64,000 bases of DNA, taken from positions 746 to 64,745 of the forward strand of contig CAZUTK010000005.1 of the NCBI GenBank assembly GCA_964623265.1, read 5' to 3'. Each line of letters opens with the position of its first letter. Position 1 is the stretch's first letter. Of this stretch, positions 9,025 to 18,071 are shown piece by piece. The stretch comes from an uncultured bacterium. GTDB taxonomy: Bacteria > Electryoneota > B3-LCP. The position numbers and the translations under genes are program-made. The notes beneath the pieces are model-generated. The model searched no databases. It saw only the letters and a list, made by a program, of their open reading frames with translations, and was not told where the DNA came from.

Positions 9025-10707
9025 ATGGCGGAAGAATCGAAAAACACCGCGACGGCGGGCGGCAGGATCCTCCGGGATCGGTATTATCGGGAACTGCTGC
9101 GCAAGAATCTGTTGCGTCTGGCGTTCACCTATCTCGCCCCTCTCGTTCTCCTGACCATCTATTTTTACGCGCAATATGTGAATATATCCCGGGAGAGCCG
9201 GGCGCACCATCTGAAATCCGTGGCGGAGCATCAGGCGAATACTCTGGATCTGTTTTTGAATGAGCGCGTCGTCAATCTCGCCAATTTGATTGACGATCCC
9301 AAGTTGAAGATTCCGCCAACCGGCGGCGCGATGGAAGTGATGCTGCACCAGTTGAAGAAAAACAGCGATACATTCACGGATGTGGGTTTTTTCGATTCGA
9401 CCGGCGTGCAGCTCGCCTACGAAGGTCCCTTGCCTTTTTTGGAGAACCGAAATTATTCCACGGAACCGTGGTTCGTCCGCTTGCGGGGGAAGGACGATCA
9501 CTTCATCATTACGGATAACTATCTCGGATTCCGGCAAAAGCCGCATTTCACGATTGCGGTGAGCCGCGAAATTCAGAATCGCTACGTGGTATTGCGCGCG
9601 ACGTTGGATCCGCAGAAGTTTTATGAATACGTCATTGCGCAAGAAGGCTTGAGCGATGTGGATTTGTCGGTGGTCAACCGCGATGGGATCTATCAATTGG
9701 TGTCGCCGAAGATCGGGCTGCCGTTGGAGAGCTCATCGGTAGTGCCGCCGTTGTCGCCGCGCCTGGGCTGGTTGAATTCCCGCGGGGAAGCGAACTCGGG
9801 GGAATTCGCTTACGCCTGGCTGCGGAACGCGGATTGGGCGGTCATCGCCAGACCCTCTGGAGAGAGCGAAAAGATTCCTCTGTTCAGCAGCCGAATGGGG
9901 ATTCTAGTCTTTTCCGCCGTGATCATTTTCGGCGTGCTGTCCGTGATCGTCATCCGTTCGAAGAAGCTGGTGGAGCTGCAGATTGAGAAGGAGATTACCA
10001 AGGCGCAGTTCGAACATGCCGCCAAGCTGGCGTCCGTGGGGGAGTTGTCCGCCGGCATCGCGCACGAGATCAACAATCCGCTGGCGATCATCGCGGAAGA
10101 GGTCGGATTGATCAAAGACCTGATGAATCCGGAGTTCAAGACGGGCACCGCCTTCGAGGATTTAAAGCCTCACCTCGACAACATCCACGACGCGGTCTTC
10201 CGTTGTCGCGACATCACCCGCAAGCTGCTGAGTTTCGTGCGCAAGACGGACATCAAGCTGAAGCCGCACCACATCAATATGTTGATTGACGAAATCGTGG
10301 ATGCCTTCTGGATACGCGAGATGGAAGTATCCAACATCGTCATAGAGAAGAGATACGCCGCGGATCTGCCGGAGATCGTTACGGACGGGAATCAGCTCAA
10401 GCAGATCTTTTTGAACATTCTGAATAACGCCGCGGACGCAATCACTCCGCCCGGAAAGATTACGATATCCACCTCCTATGCGGATGACCACATCTCCGTC
10501 GCCATCTCGGATACAGGCAAGGGCATCACTCAGGAACAGATGGAGAAGATTTTTCTTCCGTTTTATACGACCAAGGAACCGGGGAAGGGCACCGGTTTAG
10601 GGCTGTCGGTGAGCTACGGGATCGTGAAGAGTCTGGGGGGGAAGATCCTGGTCGAAAGCATTCCGGGGAAGGGGAGCGTTTTCACGGTGGTGCTGCCGGT
10701 AAAATAG
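9025..10707 (+). CDS. Sensor histidine kinase with a periplasmic Cache-like domain between two TM helices.
   Basis: H-box 'AGIAHEINNPLAII', N/G-box region 'LNILNNAADA...DTGKGI...GTGLGLSV'. Two hydrophobic segments flank a ~250 aa extracytoplasmic domain. Paralog of the 15285 kinase. Confidence 0.8.
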   Translation: MAEESKNTATAGGRILRDRYYRELLRKNLLRLAFTYLAPLVLLTIYFYAQYVNISRESRAHHLKSVAEHQANTLDLFLNERVVNLANLIDDPKLKIPPTGGAMEVMLHQLKKNSDTFTDVGFFDSTGVQLAYEGPLPFLENRNYSTEPWFVRLRGKDDHFIITDNYLGFRQKPHFTIAVSREIQNRYVVLRATLDPQKFYEYVIAQEGLSDVDLSVVNRDGIYQLVSPKIGLPLESSSVVPPLSPRLGWLNSRGEANSGEFAYAWLRNADWAVIARPSGESEKIPLFSSRMGILVFSAVIIFGVLSVIVIRSKKLVELQIEKEITKAQFEHAAKLASVGELSAGIAHEINNPLAIIAEEVGLIKDLMNPEFKTGTAFEDLKPHLDNIHDAVFRCRDITRKLLSFVRKTDIKLKPHHINMLIDEIVDAFWIREMEVSNIVIEKRYAADLPEIVTDGNQLKQIFLNILNNAADAITPPGKITISTSYADDHISVAISDTGKGITQEQMEKIFLPFYTTKEPGKGTGLGLSVSYGIVKSLGGKILVESIPGKGSVFTVVLPVK

Positions 10708-10736
10708 AGAAGAAGAAATAAAGGGAGAGGCCGGTT

Positions 10737-11312
10737 ATGGCATTGGAGAGAGTGAAAGATATCATGTTGTCTCTGGACGACTACGCCGTCGTGGGGATGG
10801 AAGCCACGATGGTGGATGCGTTGTGCGCTCTGGAGGCGGCGCAGAAGAAACTTCCGCCGGATCGCCAGCCCCATCGCGCCGTTCTGGTGGTGGACGACAA
10901 GGGCAACATCGTCGGGAAGTTGGGGCATCTGGCATTCTTGAAGGGACTGGAGCCGAAATACGACAAGATCGGCGACATCAACGTGCTTTCCCGCGTCGGA
11001 CTCAGCCAGGAATTCATCAATTCCATGCTGGACAATCTGAGTCTCTGGAAGGAGAGCTTTGAGGATTACGTGCAGCGGGCTCGCAGGACGAAGGTGAAAG
11101 ATGTGATGCACTCGGTTGTAGAGAGCATCTCAGAAGACGCGCCGTTAAGCGAAGCGGTGCATAAACTGGTCATGTATCAGACCCTATCCCTGCTTGTCAC
11201 TCGGGGCGAAAAGGTCGTTGGGATATTGCGGCTGTCCGATCTCTTTTCCGTGATCGCGCATATCATTCGGAAGAAAGTTGGCTGCGGTGAAGAAACAAGC
11301 CAGGAGAAGTGA
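10737..11312 (+). CDS. CBS-pair domain protein (stand-alone).
   Basis: Two CBS-like repeats across ~190 aa. No other domain is evident. Confidence 0.5.
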   Translation: MALERVKDIMLSLDDYAVVGMEATMVDALCALEAAQKKLPPDRQPHRAVLVVDDKGNIVGKLGHLAFLKGLEPKYDKIGDINVLSRVGLSQEFINSMLDNLSLWKESFEDYVQRARRTKVKDVMHSVVESISEDAPLSEAVHKLVMYQTLSLLVTRGEKVVGILRLSDLFSVIAHIIRKKVGCGEETSQEK

Positions 11313-11316
11313 CCCT

Positions 11317-13389
11317 ATGCCGAAAGTGCTGCTAATTGATGATGAGGACAAGTTTCGGACGTCCCTTGCCGACCGCCTCAAACTGCGAGGATATGCGAAC
11401 ATCGCCTTGAACAGCGGTACGGACGTCGTCAAAATCATCCGCAAGGATCCTGAGATTGATGTTGTGGTGCTCGATCGTCAAATGCCGGGCATCAGCGGGG
11501 AGCAGGTATTGCGAGAGATCAAGCAATACCGTCCCGAGTTGCAGGTCATTATGCTGACGGGGTACGGCAGTGTGGCGTCGGCTATGGAAACCGGGCGTCT
11601 GGGCGCTTTCGCCTACCTCGAGAAGCCCTGCGATTTCGACCAGTTGATCGAAACGATCGAGCGGGCGCGCAAGGACAAGGCGCGTGTGCTGGAGAAATAC
11701 GAGATCGCTGAAATCCAGAAGGATTCCCTCCTGAAATGGTGCTGGGGCAGACACAATTACCGTCCGGGGATCATCCTGTTGGGCGTTCTGATTTTCGCCG
11801 CAACGATTCTGATGCCCACTCCGCGCAGGCTGATCGAGATTCTCTCCACTCCGAAGCGGGCTCAAGTTCTAAATCCCACGACGGGCAAGATGGTGGATGA
11901 TCCCAGCGATCCGATCACCGGCTATGCGAGTTTCCGGAAGATGAAGGCGGGGGAGTCCATCGCCGAGTACTACAGTCGTTCCAATAAGCTGGAGAAGACC
12001 GTCAGGGACGAATTCGGCAAGAAGGTGGAGGTGCGCACTCTGACCGCGCAGGAAGCCGCCGTGAAGGCGAAAGTGATGCTGGGGACGCTCTTCGTGGCGG
12101 CGCTTTTCTGGGCGACGGGCGCCATTCCCATCGGCATCACCGCGCTGGTGGTGGGCGTCTCGATGTACTTCATGGGCGTGATGCAGCCGGATGACATTGC
12201 ACAGGCGTACGCCAAGGATGCGGTGATCTTCATCTTCGGGGTGCTGGCGGTGGCGATCGCCATCAGCAAATCCGGTCTGGACAAACGCATCGGGCTATTG
12301 CTGCTGGGACCTTCTAAATCGCTGCCGCGATTGATGTTCTTGTTCCTGCCTATGATTGGGATCGCCTGTTCCTTCCTCTCGGAACACGCGCTGGTGGCGT
12401 TCATCATGCCGCTTTTTATGTTCGTCTACGCAGCTTCCGTGCGGGAGGCGGGGGTCGAGGAGGACGCGCCTCTTGCGGTGATGCTGGTGCTGTCGCTCTG
12501 TTTCGCCGCCAACTGCGGCGGGCCCGGCTCGCCGGCGGCCGGGGGGAGAAACGCCGTGATGGTGGCGATTCTAAGTGATTACGGGGTGGCGCCGTCTTTC
12601 GCGCAGTGGGTGAAATTGGGTCTGCCCTATGTGCCGGTGATGTCGCTGGTCATCGCCACATACTTTTTTCTCGTATTTCGGGGGAAAATCAAGGCGAAGA
12701 AGTTGAATGTCTCCTCGATGGTCAAGCAGGCGGCGGCGAAGATCGGGCCGATGAATCGAAATGAATACATCACCGCCGTGATTCTGATCTTGTTGATCAC
12801 CCTCTGGATCACCGCCAGCGATAAGCTGGGGATGGGCGGTCCAGTGATCCTGGCGCTGGTGCTCTTGAATATTTTCCGGATCGTCACTTGGGGGGACATC
12901 ACCAAGATCCACTGGGAAGTCGTGGCGCTGTACGCCAGCGCCAGCGCAATGGGTAAGGGGCTTGCCGTCACCGGTGCGGCTCTGTTCATGGCGGATGTGT
13001 TCGTCGGGTGGTTGCCGGAATTTCTGCGGACCGGTACAGGATTGGCAGTCGCCAGCAGCATCTTCACAGGGATCACCACTCAGTTTATGAGTGACGGGGC
13101 GACGGTATCCGCCATCGGGCCGGTGGTGGTGCCGATGGCGACGCTGACGGGCACGCACCCTTGGATGGTGGGCTTGGGGGCGGCGTTCGCTTCGTCTTTC
13201 GCGCATATGATGATCATCGGCACACCCAACAACGCCATCGCCTTCACGATGGCAAGAGACCCGGTCACCGGCAAGCAGTTGGTGACATTAGGGGATTTCT
13301 TCAAGCATGGCTTTGTCGTCCTGCTGCTATCCTGGGCGGTGCTCTGGATCTGGCTGTTCTACGGGTACTGGCGCTGGATCGGGTTTTAA
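11317..13389 (+). CDS. Fusion of an N-terminal response-regulator receiver domain to a C-terminal ArsB/NhaD-superfamily (DASS-like) anion permease.
   Basis: REC motifs 'KVLLIDDE', 'VVVLDRQMPGISG', 'IMLTGYGS', 'AYLEKP' in the first ~125 aa, then ~560 aa with 10+ hydrophobic segments ending in 'IIGTPNNAIAF'. The ATG at 11317 has RBS 'caggagaag' and lies directly after the upstream stop. Confidence 0.7.
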   Translation: MPKVLLIDDEDKFRTSLADRLKLRGYANIALNSGTDVVKIIRKDPEIDVVVLDRQMPGISGEQVLREIKQYRPELQVIMLTGYGSVASAMETGRLGAFAYLEKPCDFDQLIETIERARKDKARVLEKYEIAEIQKDSLLKWCWGRHNYRPGIILLGVLIFAATILMPTPRRLIEILSTPKRAQVLNPTTGKMVDDPSDPITGYASFRKMKAGESIAEYYSRSNKLEKTVRDEFGKKVEVRTLTAQEAAVKAKVMLGTLFVAALFWATGAIPIGITALVVGVSMYFMGVMQPDDIAQAYAKDAVIFIFGVLAVAIAISKSGLDKRIGLLLLGPSKSLPRLMFLFLPMIGIACSFLSEHALVAFIMPLFMFVYAASVREAGVEEDAPLAVMLVLSLCFAANCGGPGSPAAGGRNAVMVAILSDYGVAPSFAQWVKLGLPYVPVMSLVIATYFFLVFRGKIKAKKLNVSSMVKQAAAKIGPMNRNEYITAVILILLITLWITASDKLGMGGPVILALVLLNIFRIVTWGDITKIHWEVVALYASASAMGKGLAVTGAALFMADVFVGWLPEFLRTGTGLAVASSIFTGITTQFMSDGATVSAIGPVVVPMATLTGTHPWMVGLGAAFASSFAHMMIIGTPNNAIAFTMARDPVTGKQLVTLGDFFKHGFVVLLLSWAVLWIWLFYGYWRWIGF

Positions 13390-13406
13390 GAGAAAGTGAG
13401 AGAAAG

Positions 13407-13895
13407 ATGCCGGACAAAATCAAACTGCTCATCGTGGACGATGAGGTGAAATTTCTCGATTCCATCGCACAACGTTTGGAGATGCGCGGGCTGCATGTGA
13501 CCAAGGCGAGCAACGGGCAGGACGCCGTGCAATTCGCCCGCAATCAGAAGTTCGATCTGGCGCTGCTCGATCTGAAGATGCCCGGGATGGACGGCAAGCA
13601 GGTGCTGGAAATCCTGAAGAAGGAACACAAGCACATCGAGGTCATCATCTTGACGGGGCACGGATCGCTGGAATCCGCCGTGGAATGCACGAAGCTAGGC
13701 GCCTACGGATATCTTCCCAAACCCTATGAGCTCGACAGTCTGCTGGAGATTCTGAAAGAAGCCTATGAAGCCCGCCTGAAGAAGAAATTCGAGTTCGATC
13801 AGGAGAGGATGGAGAAGATTATGAAGCTGGCGACCGGCAGCAGCCCACTGGGTATCCTGCGATCTCTGCGGGAACTGGATGATGACGAAAAATAA
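13407..13895 (+). CDS. Stand-alone response regulator receiver (CheY-like) protein.
   Basis: 'KLLIVDDE', 'LALLDLKMPGMDG', 'IILTGHGS', 'YLPKP'. There is no output domain. Confidence 0.8.
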   Translation: MPDKIKLLIVDDEVKFLDSIAQRLEMRGLHVTKASNGQDAVQFARNQKFDLALLDLKMPGMDGKQVLEILKKEHKHIEVIILTGHGSLESAVECTKLGAYGYLPKPYELDSLLEILKEAYEARLKKKFEFDQERMEKIMKLATGSSPLGILRSLRELDDDEK

Positions 13896-14028
13896 GACAT
13901 GGGAGCGGCGTTTTTATCGGCAGATCGGAACCCTTCCGGGCTGATGCGAAGTTCACTTATTGAGTATGCGGGGCGAGTTCAGGCTCCGATTTCAACCGGC
14001 GACGATTTAAAAGACGGGGAGAGGACAG

Positions 14029-15288
14029 ATGGCGGTCATAGCTCTGTTCAGCGGATCCTACTGCCACGGCGAAGAGGCGGCGGAAGCCCTGGCGAAAAAA
14101 CTGGGATATCCGTGTATCGAAAAGCAGGTGCTCGCCGAGACGGCTAGCCGGTACTCTCTGTCAGCGGACAAGATTCAGAGGGCGATTCAAGGTCCTCCGC
14201 CGCTTTTCGCCTCCAAATATCATCGGGAAAGGACGGTGATACTGTCCCGTTTGAAAGCGGTGCTGGCGGAATTCATCCAGCCGGATCGGGTGATCTGCCA
14301 TGGGTGTCTGAGCCATCTGATTTCCCGGGACATCACTCATGTCCTGCGGGTGCTCCTCATCGCCAATCAGGATTACCGCGTGCAGACGGCGATGACCGCC
14401 GCGAAACTCTCCCGAAAAGAGGCGGTCAAGCAGATCAAGAAGGACGATGAGGCGAAGGCGCAGTGGACGCAGTTGTTGTTCGAAAAAGCGCCTTGGGATC
14501 CGAGCCTTTACGATATCGTGCTCCCCATGCATGAGACTTCGGTTGAGGAGGCGGTTCGGATTATCGCCGAAAACAGCGCTAAAGAGGCCGTAGCGACGAC
14601 TTCGCAATCTCGGCAAGCCGCCGCGGATTTTCTGCTTCAAGCCCGCGTTGAAACGGCGCTGGGCGAAAAAAGCGACGGGCTGGAAATCCGGTGCACGGAC
14701 GGGCAGGTTACACTTGTGATCAACAAGACCGTCCTGCGGCTGGATCCATTTCAGGAAGAAATCCGGCAGATCGCTGCTGCGGTTCCCGGAGTGAGAAAGG
14801 TGGAGACGAAAGTGGGTCCGAAGTTCAATCAGCCCAGCATCATCCGCGATGTGGATCTCGAGTTGCCGAAGAAGGTTCTTCTGGTGGACGACGAAGTCGA
14901 GTTCGTGCATACTCTTTCGGAGCGGTTGCAGACCCGCAATCTGGGATCGTCCGTCGTGTACGACGGGGAGCAGGCGCTGAATTTCGTCGCCACGGAGGAG
15001 CCCGAAGTGATGGTGCTGGATTTGAAGATGCCCGGGATTGACGGCATTGAAGTTCTGCGCCGGGTCAAGCACGACCATCCCAATGTGGAGGTGATTATCC
15101 TGACGGGACACGGATCGGAGCGGGAGGAGGCGTTGGCGAAGGAGCTGGGGGCTTTTGCTTATCTCCATAAGCCCGTCAACATTGACGTGCTGGCGAAGAC
15201 GATGAAGGAAGCCTATCGCAGGATCAGCGAGAAGAAGGCGTCCGCGGGCGGTGAATCCGGGAAGAGCTCCGCGAATTCGTCATCGTGA
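14029..15288 (+). CDS. Three-part fusion: cytidylate-kinase-like family N-terminal domain with a degenerate P-loop, a BON-like middle segment, and a C-terminal REC domain.
   Basis: N-terminal 'IALFSGSYCHGEEAAEALAKKLGYPCIEKQVL' resembles the Cytidylate_kin2 family but lacks the GxxGxGK/GSGG P-loop. C-terminal 'KVLLVDDE...VMVLDLKMPGIDG...IILTGHGS...YLHKP' is a REC domain. Confidence 0.55.
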   Translation: MAVIALFSGSYCHGEEAAEALAKKLGYPCIEKQVLAETASRYSLSADKIQRAIQGPPPLFASKYHRERTVILSRLKAVLAEFIQPDRVICHGCLSHLISRDITHVLRVLLIANQDYRVQTAMTAAKLSRKEAVKQIKKDDEAKAQWTQLLFEKAPWDPSLYDIVLPMHETSVEEAVRIIAENSAKEAVATTSQSRQAAADFLLQARVETALGEKSDGLEIRCTDGQVTLVINKTVLRLDPFQEEIRQIAAAVPGVRKVETKVGPKFNQPSIIRDVDLELPKKVLLVDDEVEFVHTLSERLQTRNLGSSVVYDGEQALNFVATEEPEVMVLDLKMPGIDGIEVLRRVKHDHPNVEVIILTGHGSEREEALAKELGAFAYLHKPVNIDVLAKTMKEAYRRISEKKASAGGESGKSSANSSS

Positions 15289-16997
15289 GTCAACCTATGC
15301 CTTTCGCATCCGCGCAAAGAGACGATTCCGCCGCCGAGAAATCGGTGCACGGCGAACAGACGCGCTACCGTCGGCTGTGGTGGTATTCCGTGATCCTGAT
15401 GGCGCTGGTTTCGCTGACGCCGCTGGTCATCCTGACCTTCGTCAACATCCACCAGGCGCAGAAAGCCATCCGCGAGGAGATGCGTTTCCCCATCGCGCGG
15501 CTGTTGTCCAATACCAAGAAGGCGCTGGAGTTCGTGATTGCGGAGCGGAAATCCGCTCTGCGGCTGGTCATCAGCGAAAAAGCATATGAGGAGCTGGCGA
15601 GCGATGAGGGGCTGGCGCAGGCTTTCAATAACCTGAAGGAATCGTTCGGCGGGTTCGTGGATCTCGGGCTGGTGGATGCAGATGGCAATCAGAATTTCTA
15701 CGTTGGACCCTATGACCTGAAAGGCAAGAACTACCGGGACCAAGCCTGGCTGCACGAAGTGCGACTGCGCGACGTGTACGTCAGCGACGTCTTTATGGGC
15801 TTCCGGAATTTTCCTCACTTCATCATCGCCGTCAAGCAGAACTCCGCGCGTGGCGGATCTTACGTCCTGCGCGCGACGATTGATATGCACCTTCTCAACC
15901 AGCAGATCACCGCTCTGGATCTGGGACCTTCCAGCGACGTTTTCATCGTCAACGCCGACGGTATCCTGCAGACCAATTCCCGCTTCCACGGCAAGATTCT
16001 CGAACCCTGCACGATCCCGCTTCCCAAGTATTCCGACACCGAAATGATCCAGGAGTTTACCGAGAAGGGTCAATCTTTTCTTCTGGGCTACGCGTTCATC
16101 GAAAAATCGCCGTTCATTCTGATGATCATCCAGAATCAGAAGGATTTGATGCCGAACTGGCTCGCCCGCCGGCAGGATCCCTTCTGGTTTCTGGCGGGCA
16201 GCAGCGTTCTGATTTTGCTGGTTGTACTGGGGGTTTCCACCTATACGGTGCATCGGATCCGCAGCGCCGACATCCGCCGGGCGAAGGCGTTTCACAATCT
16301 GGAATATACGAACAAGATGGCGTCCATCGGGAGACTCGCCGCCAGCGTGGCGCATGAGATCAACAACCCCATCGCCATCATCAATGAGAAAGCCGGATTG
16401 CTGAAGGATATGGCGACCCTGACGCCTGATTTCACGCAACGCGAGAAGGTGCTGAAATTGTTGGATTCCATCCACAATTCGGTGGAACGTGTCAGCACCA
16501 TCACGCATCGTCTGCTGGGATTTTCCCGGCGGATGAACGCGCACATGGAGCTGATTGACCTGCCGTCTTTGCTGAAGGAAGTCCTGAGTTTTCTGGGCAA
16601 GGAGCTGAGCCATCGCAACGTTTCCGTCACCTTCGAGGTTCCGGATAATTTTCCGGCGGTGGAAAGCGACCGCGGGCAACTGCAGCAAGTGTTCCTGAAT
16701 ATCATCAACAATGCGATCGCCGCGATCAAGGAAGGCGGCTGGATCCGATTCACTCTGCTGGAGGTGGAGGCGGGCGGGGTGGCGGTGAAAATCTGCGACA
16801 ACGGCACAGGGATTTCCCCGGAGGATCTGAAACACATCTTCGAGCCTTTCTTCTCCACCAAGGGGGAATTCGGCACAGGACTGGGTCTTTCCATCACCTA
16901 TGACATCATCAAGAAGCTGGGGGGGGAAATTCAGGTGGAGAGTCAGCTGGGGAAGGGAACCTGTTTCACAATCTTATTGCCGCGTCAGAAGGCTTAA
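15285..16997 (+). CDS. Sensor histidine kinase with a Cache-like periplasmic domain; paralog of the 9025 kinase.
   Basis: 'ASVAHEINNPIAII' H-box, 'LNIINNAIAA...DNGTGI...GTGLGLSI' ATPase motifs, TM helices 'LWWYSVILMALVSLTPLVIL' and 'FWFLAGSSVLILLVVLGV'. GTG start overlaps the upstream stop. Confidence 0.8.
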   Translation: MSQPMPFASAQRDDSAAEKSVHGEQTRYRRLWWYSVILMALVSLTPLVILTFVNIHQAQKAIREEMRFPIARLLSNTKKALEFVIAERKSALRLVISEKAYEELASDEGLAQAFNNLKESFGGFVDLGLVDADGNQNFYVGPYDLKGKNYRDQAWLHEVRLRDVYVSDVFMGFRNFPHFIIAVKQNSARGGSYVLRATIDMHLLNQQITALDLGPSSDVFIVNADGILQTNSRFHGKILEPCTIPLPKYSDTEMIQEFTEKGQSFLLGYAFIEKSPFILMIIQNQKDLMPNWLARRQDPFWFLAGSSVLILLVVLGVSTYTVHRIRSADIRRAKAFHNLEYTNKMASIGRLAASVAHEINNPIAIINEKAGLLKDMATLTPDFTQREKVLKLLDSIHNSVERVSTITHRLLGFSRRMNAHMELIDLPSLLKEVLSFLGKELSHRNVSVTFEVPDNFPAVESDRGQLQQVFLNIINNAIAAIKEGGWIRFTLLEVEAGGVAVKICDNGTGISPEDLKHIFEPFFSTKGEFGTGLGLSITYDIIKKLGGEIQVESQLGKGTCFTILLPRQKA

Positions 16998-17010
16998 GCG
17001 GGAGAGCACG

Positions 17011-17382
17011 ATGCAGAAAATCCGCGTCCTGTTGATTGACGATGAAGAGGAATTGGTTTCCACGCTGGTGGAACGTCTGGATATCCGCGGCGTGCAGGCG
17101 GAGTGCGTCACCAACGGGACGGAGGCGTTCGCACGATTGCGGGAGTCGTCTTTCGATGCAGCGGTTATTGATTTGAAGTTGCCGGGGATGAGCGGCATTG
17201 ATGTGATGAAGAGGATCAAATCGGAGCACCCTGAAATGGTCATCCTGTTGACCACCGGTCACGGATCCGTCAGCGAAGAGCACGAGGGAATTCCGCCGGA
17301 AGCCGCAGATGTTCTTTACAAGCCGATTGACATCGAAGTCCTCGTATCTAAATTGAAAAGCTCTCTGCGGGAGGGGAAGTGA
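17011..17382 (+). CDS. Stand-alone response regulator receiver protein.
   Basis: 'RVLLIDDE', 'AAVIDLKLPGMSG', 'ILLTTGHGS', 'LYKP'. 123 aa. Confidence 0.75.
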   Translation: MQKIRVLLIDDEEELVSTLVERLDIRGVQAECVTNGTEAFARLRESSFDAAVIDLKLPGMSGIDVMKRIKSEHPEMVILLTTGHGSVSEEHEGIPPEAADVLYKPIDIEVLVSKLKSSLREGK

Positions 17383-18071
17383 CGGAATCGAAGGCGAGAG
17401 AATGGCTTAACGAGCGCGGACTGGCGTTTTTCGGGAAGATCACCGCCAGCGTCACTCATGAGTTGAACAACGTGATGTCCATCATCGAGCAGGTTTCCGG
17501 GTTGCTGGACGACCTCTGCGCGGGTGCCGAGAGCGGCAGGCCGCTGGAGCCCGAGAAAATCCGGGGGATTTCCGAGCGGATCGGCAAACAAGTGGAACGC
17601 GGGGTGAGTATCATTCAGAGGATGAACAAGTTCGCTCACAGTGTGGACGAACCGGTCAAGAACTTCGACCTCGTTGAGCTGACGGAGAATCTCGTGGAGT
17701 TGTCGCGGCGATTCGCGGGATTGCGCAAGCTGAAGATCGAGTGGCGCCCCCCCGATGCTCGCGTGATGCTTGTAAGCAAGCCCTTCCTGCTGGAGCAGGT
17801 TATTTTCATGGGGATAGATGCGGCGATGCAGAGGTCCCGCCGGGAGGGTGTGATCCGGATCGAGGTCCAGCCGGATGCTGCGGGGGCGCGCGTCGGGATC
17901 TCGACGGAGGCGGAAGCCGACGCGGAGACCGGGATTCCGGATGCGACGGATTCCGATTTTGCGGCGTTACTCTGCGCCGAACTGGCGGCGGATCTGAAAG
18001 CCGGCGCGGCGAACGGGAAATGGAACTGGGAACTTCTGCTTCCTAATTTCAGCGCGGAGGTATCGAAATGA
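17379..18071 (+). CDS. Histidine-kinase-like protein with an intact H-box but a degenerate or absent ATP-binding catalytic domain. Candidate phosphotransfer or phosphatase module.
   Basis: 'ITASVTHELNNVMSII' DHp H-box. The downstream region lacks N, G1 (DxGxG) and G2 (GxGLGL) motifs. There is no TM segment. It overlaps the flanking genes by 4 nt on each side. Confidence 0.5.
   Translation: MTESKAREWLNERGLAFFGKITASVTHELNNVMSIIEQVSGLLDDLCAGAESGRPLEPEKIRGISERIGKQVERGVSIIQRMNKFAHSVDEPVKNFDLVELTENLVELSRRFAGLRKLKIEWRPPDARVMLVSKPFLLEQVIFMGIDAAMQRSRREGVIRIEVQPDAAGARVGISTEAEADAETGIPDATDSDFAALLCAELAADLKAGAANGKWNWELLLPNFSAEVSK

Noticed and set aside
8479-9696. A 405-aa minus-strand ORF overlapping the permease and kinase genes. 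There are many similar long antisense ORFs, e.g. 4398..5258, 5333..6295, 14161..15168, 15213..16835, 17636..18571, 27499..28473, 33831..35933, 36999..38234, 43940..45640 and 62179..63210.
   Set aside because: All lie antisense to genes with clear domain content. Their products are Arg/Pro/His-rich low-complexity sequence typical of the reverse frame of high-GC coding DNA. None has a plausible RBS or motif.
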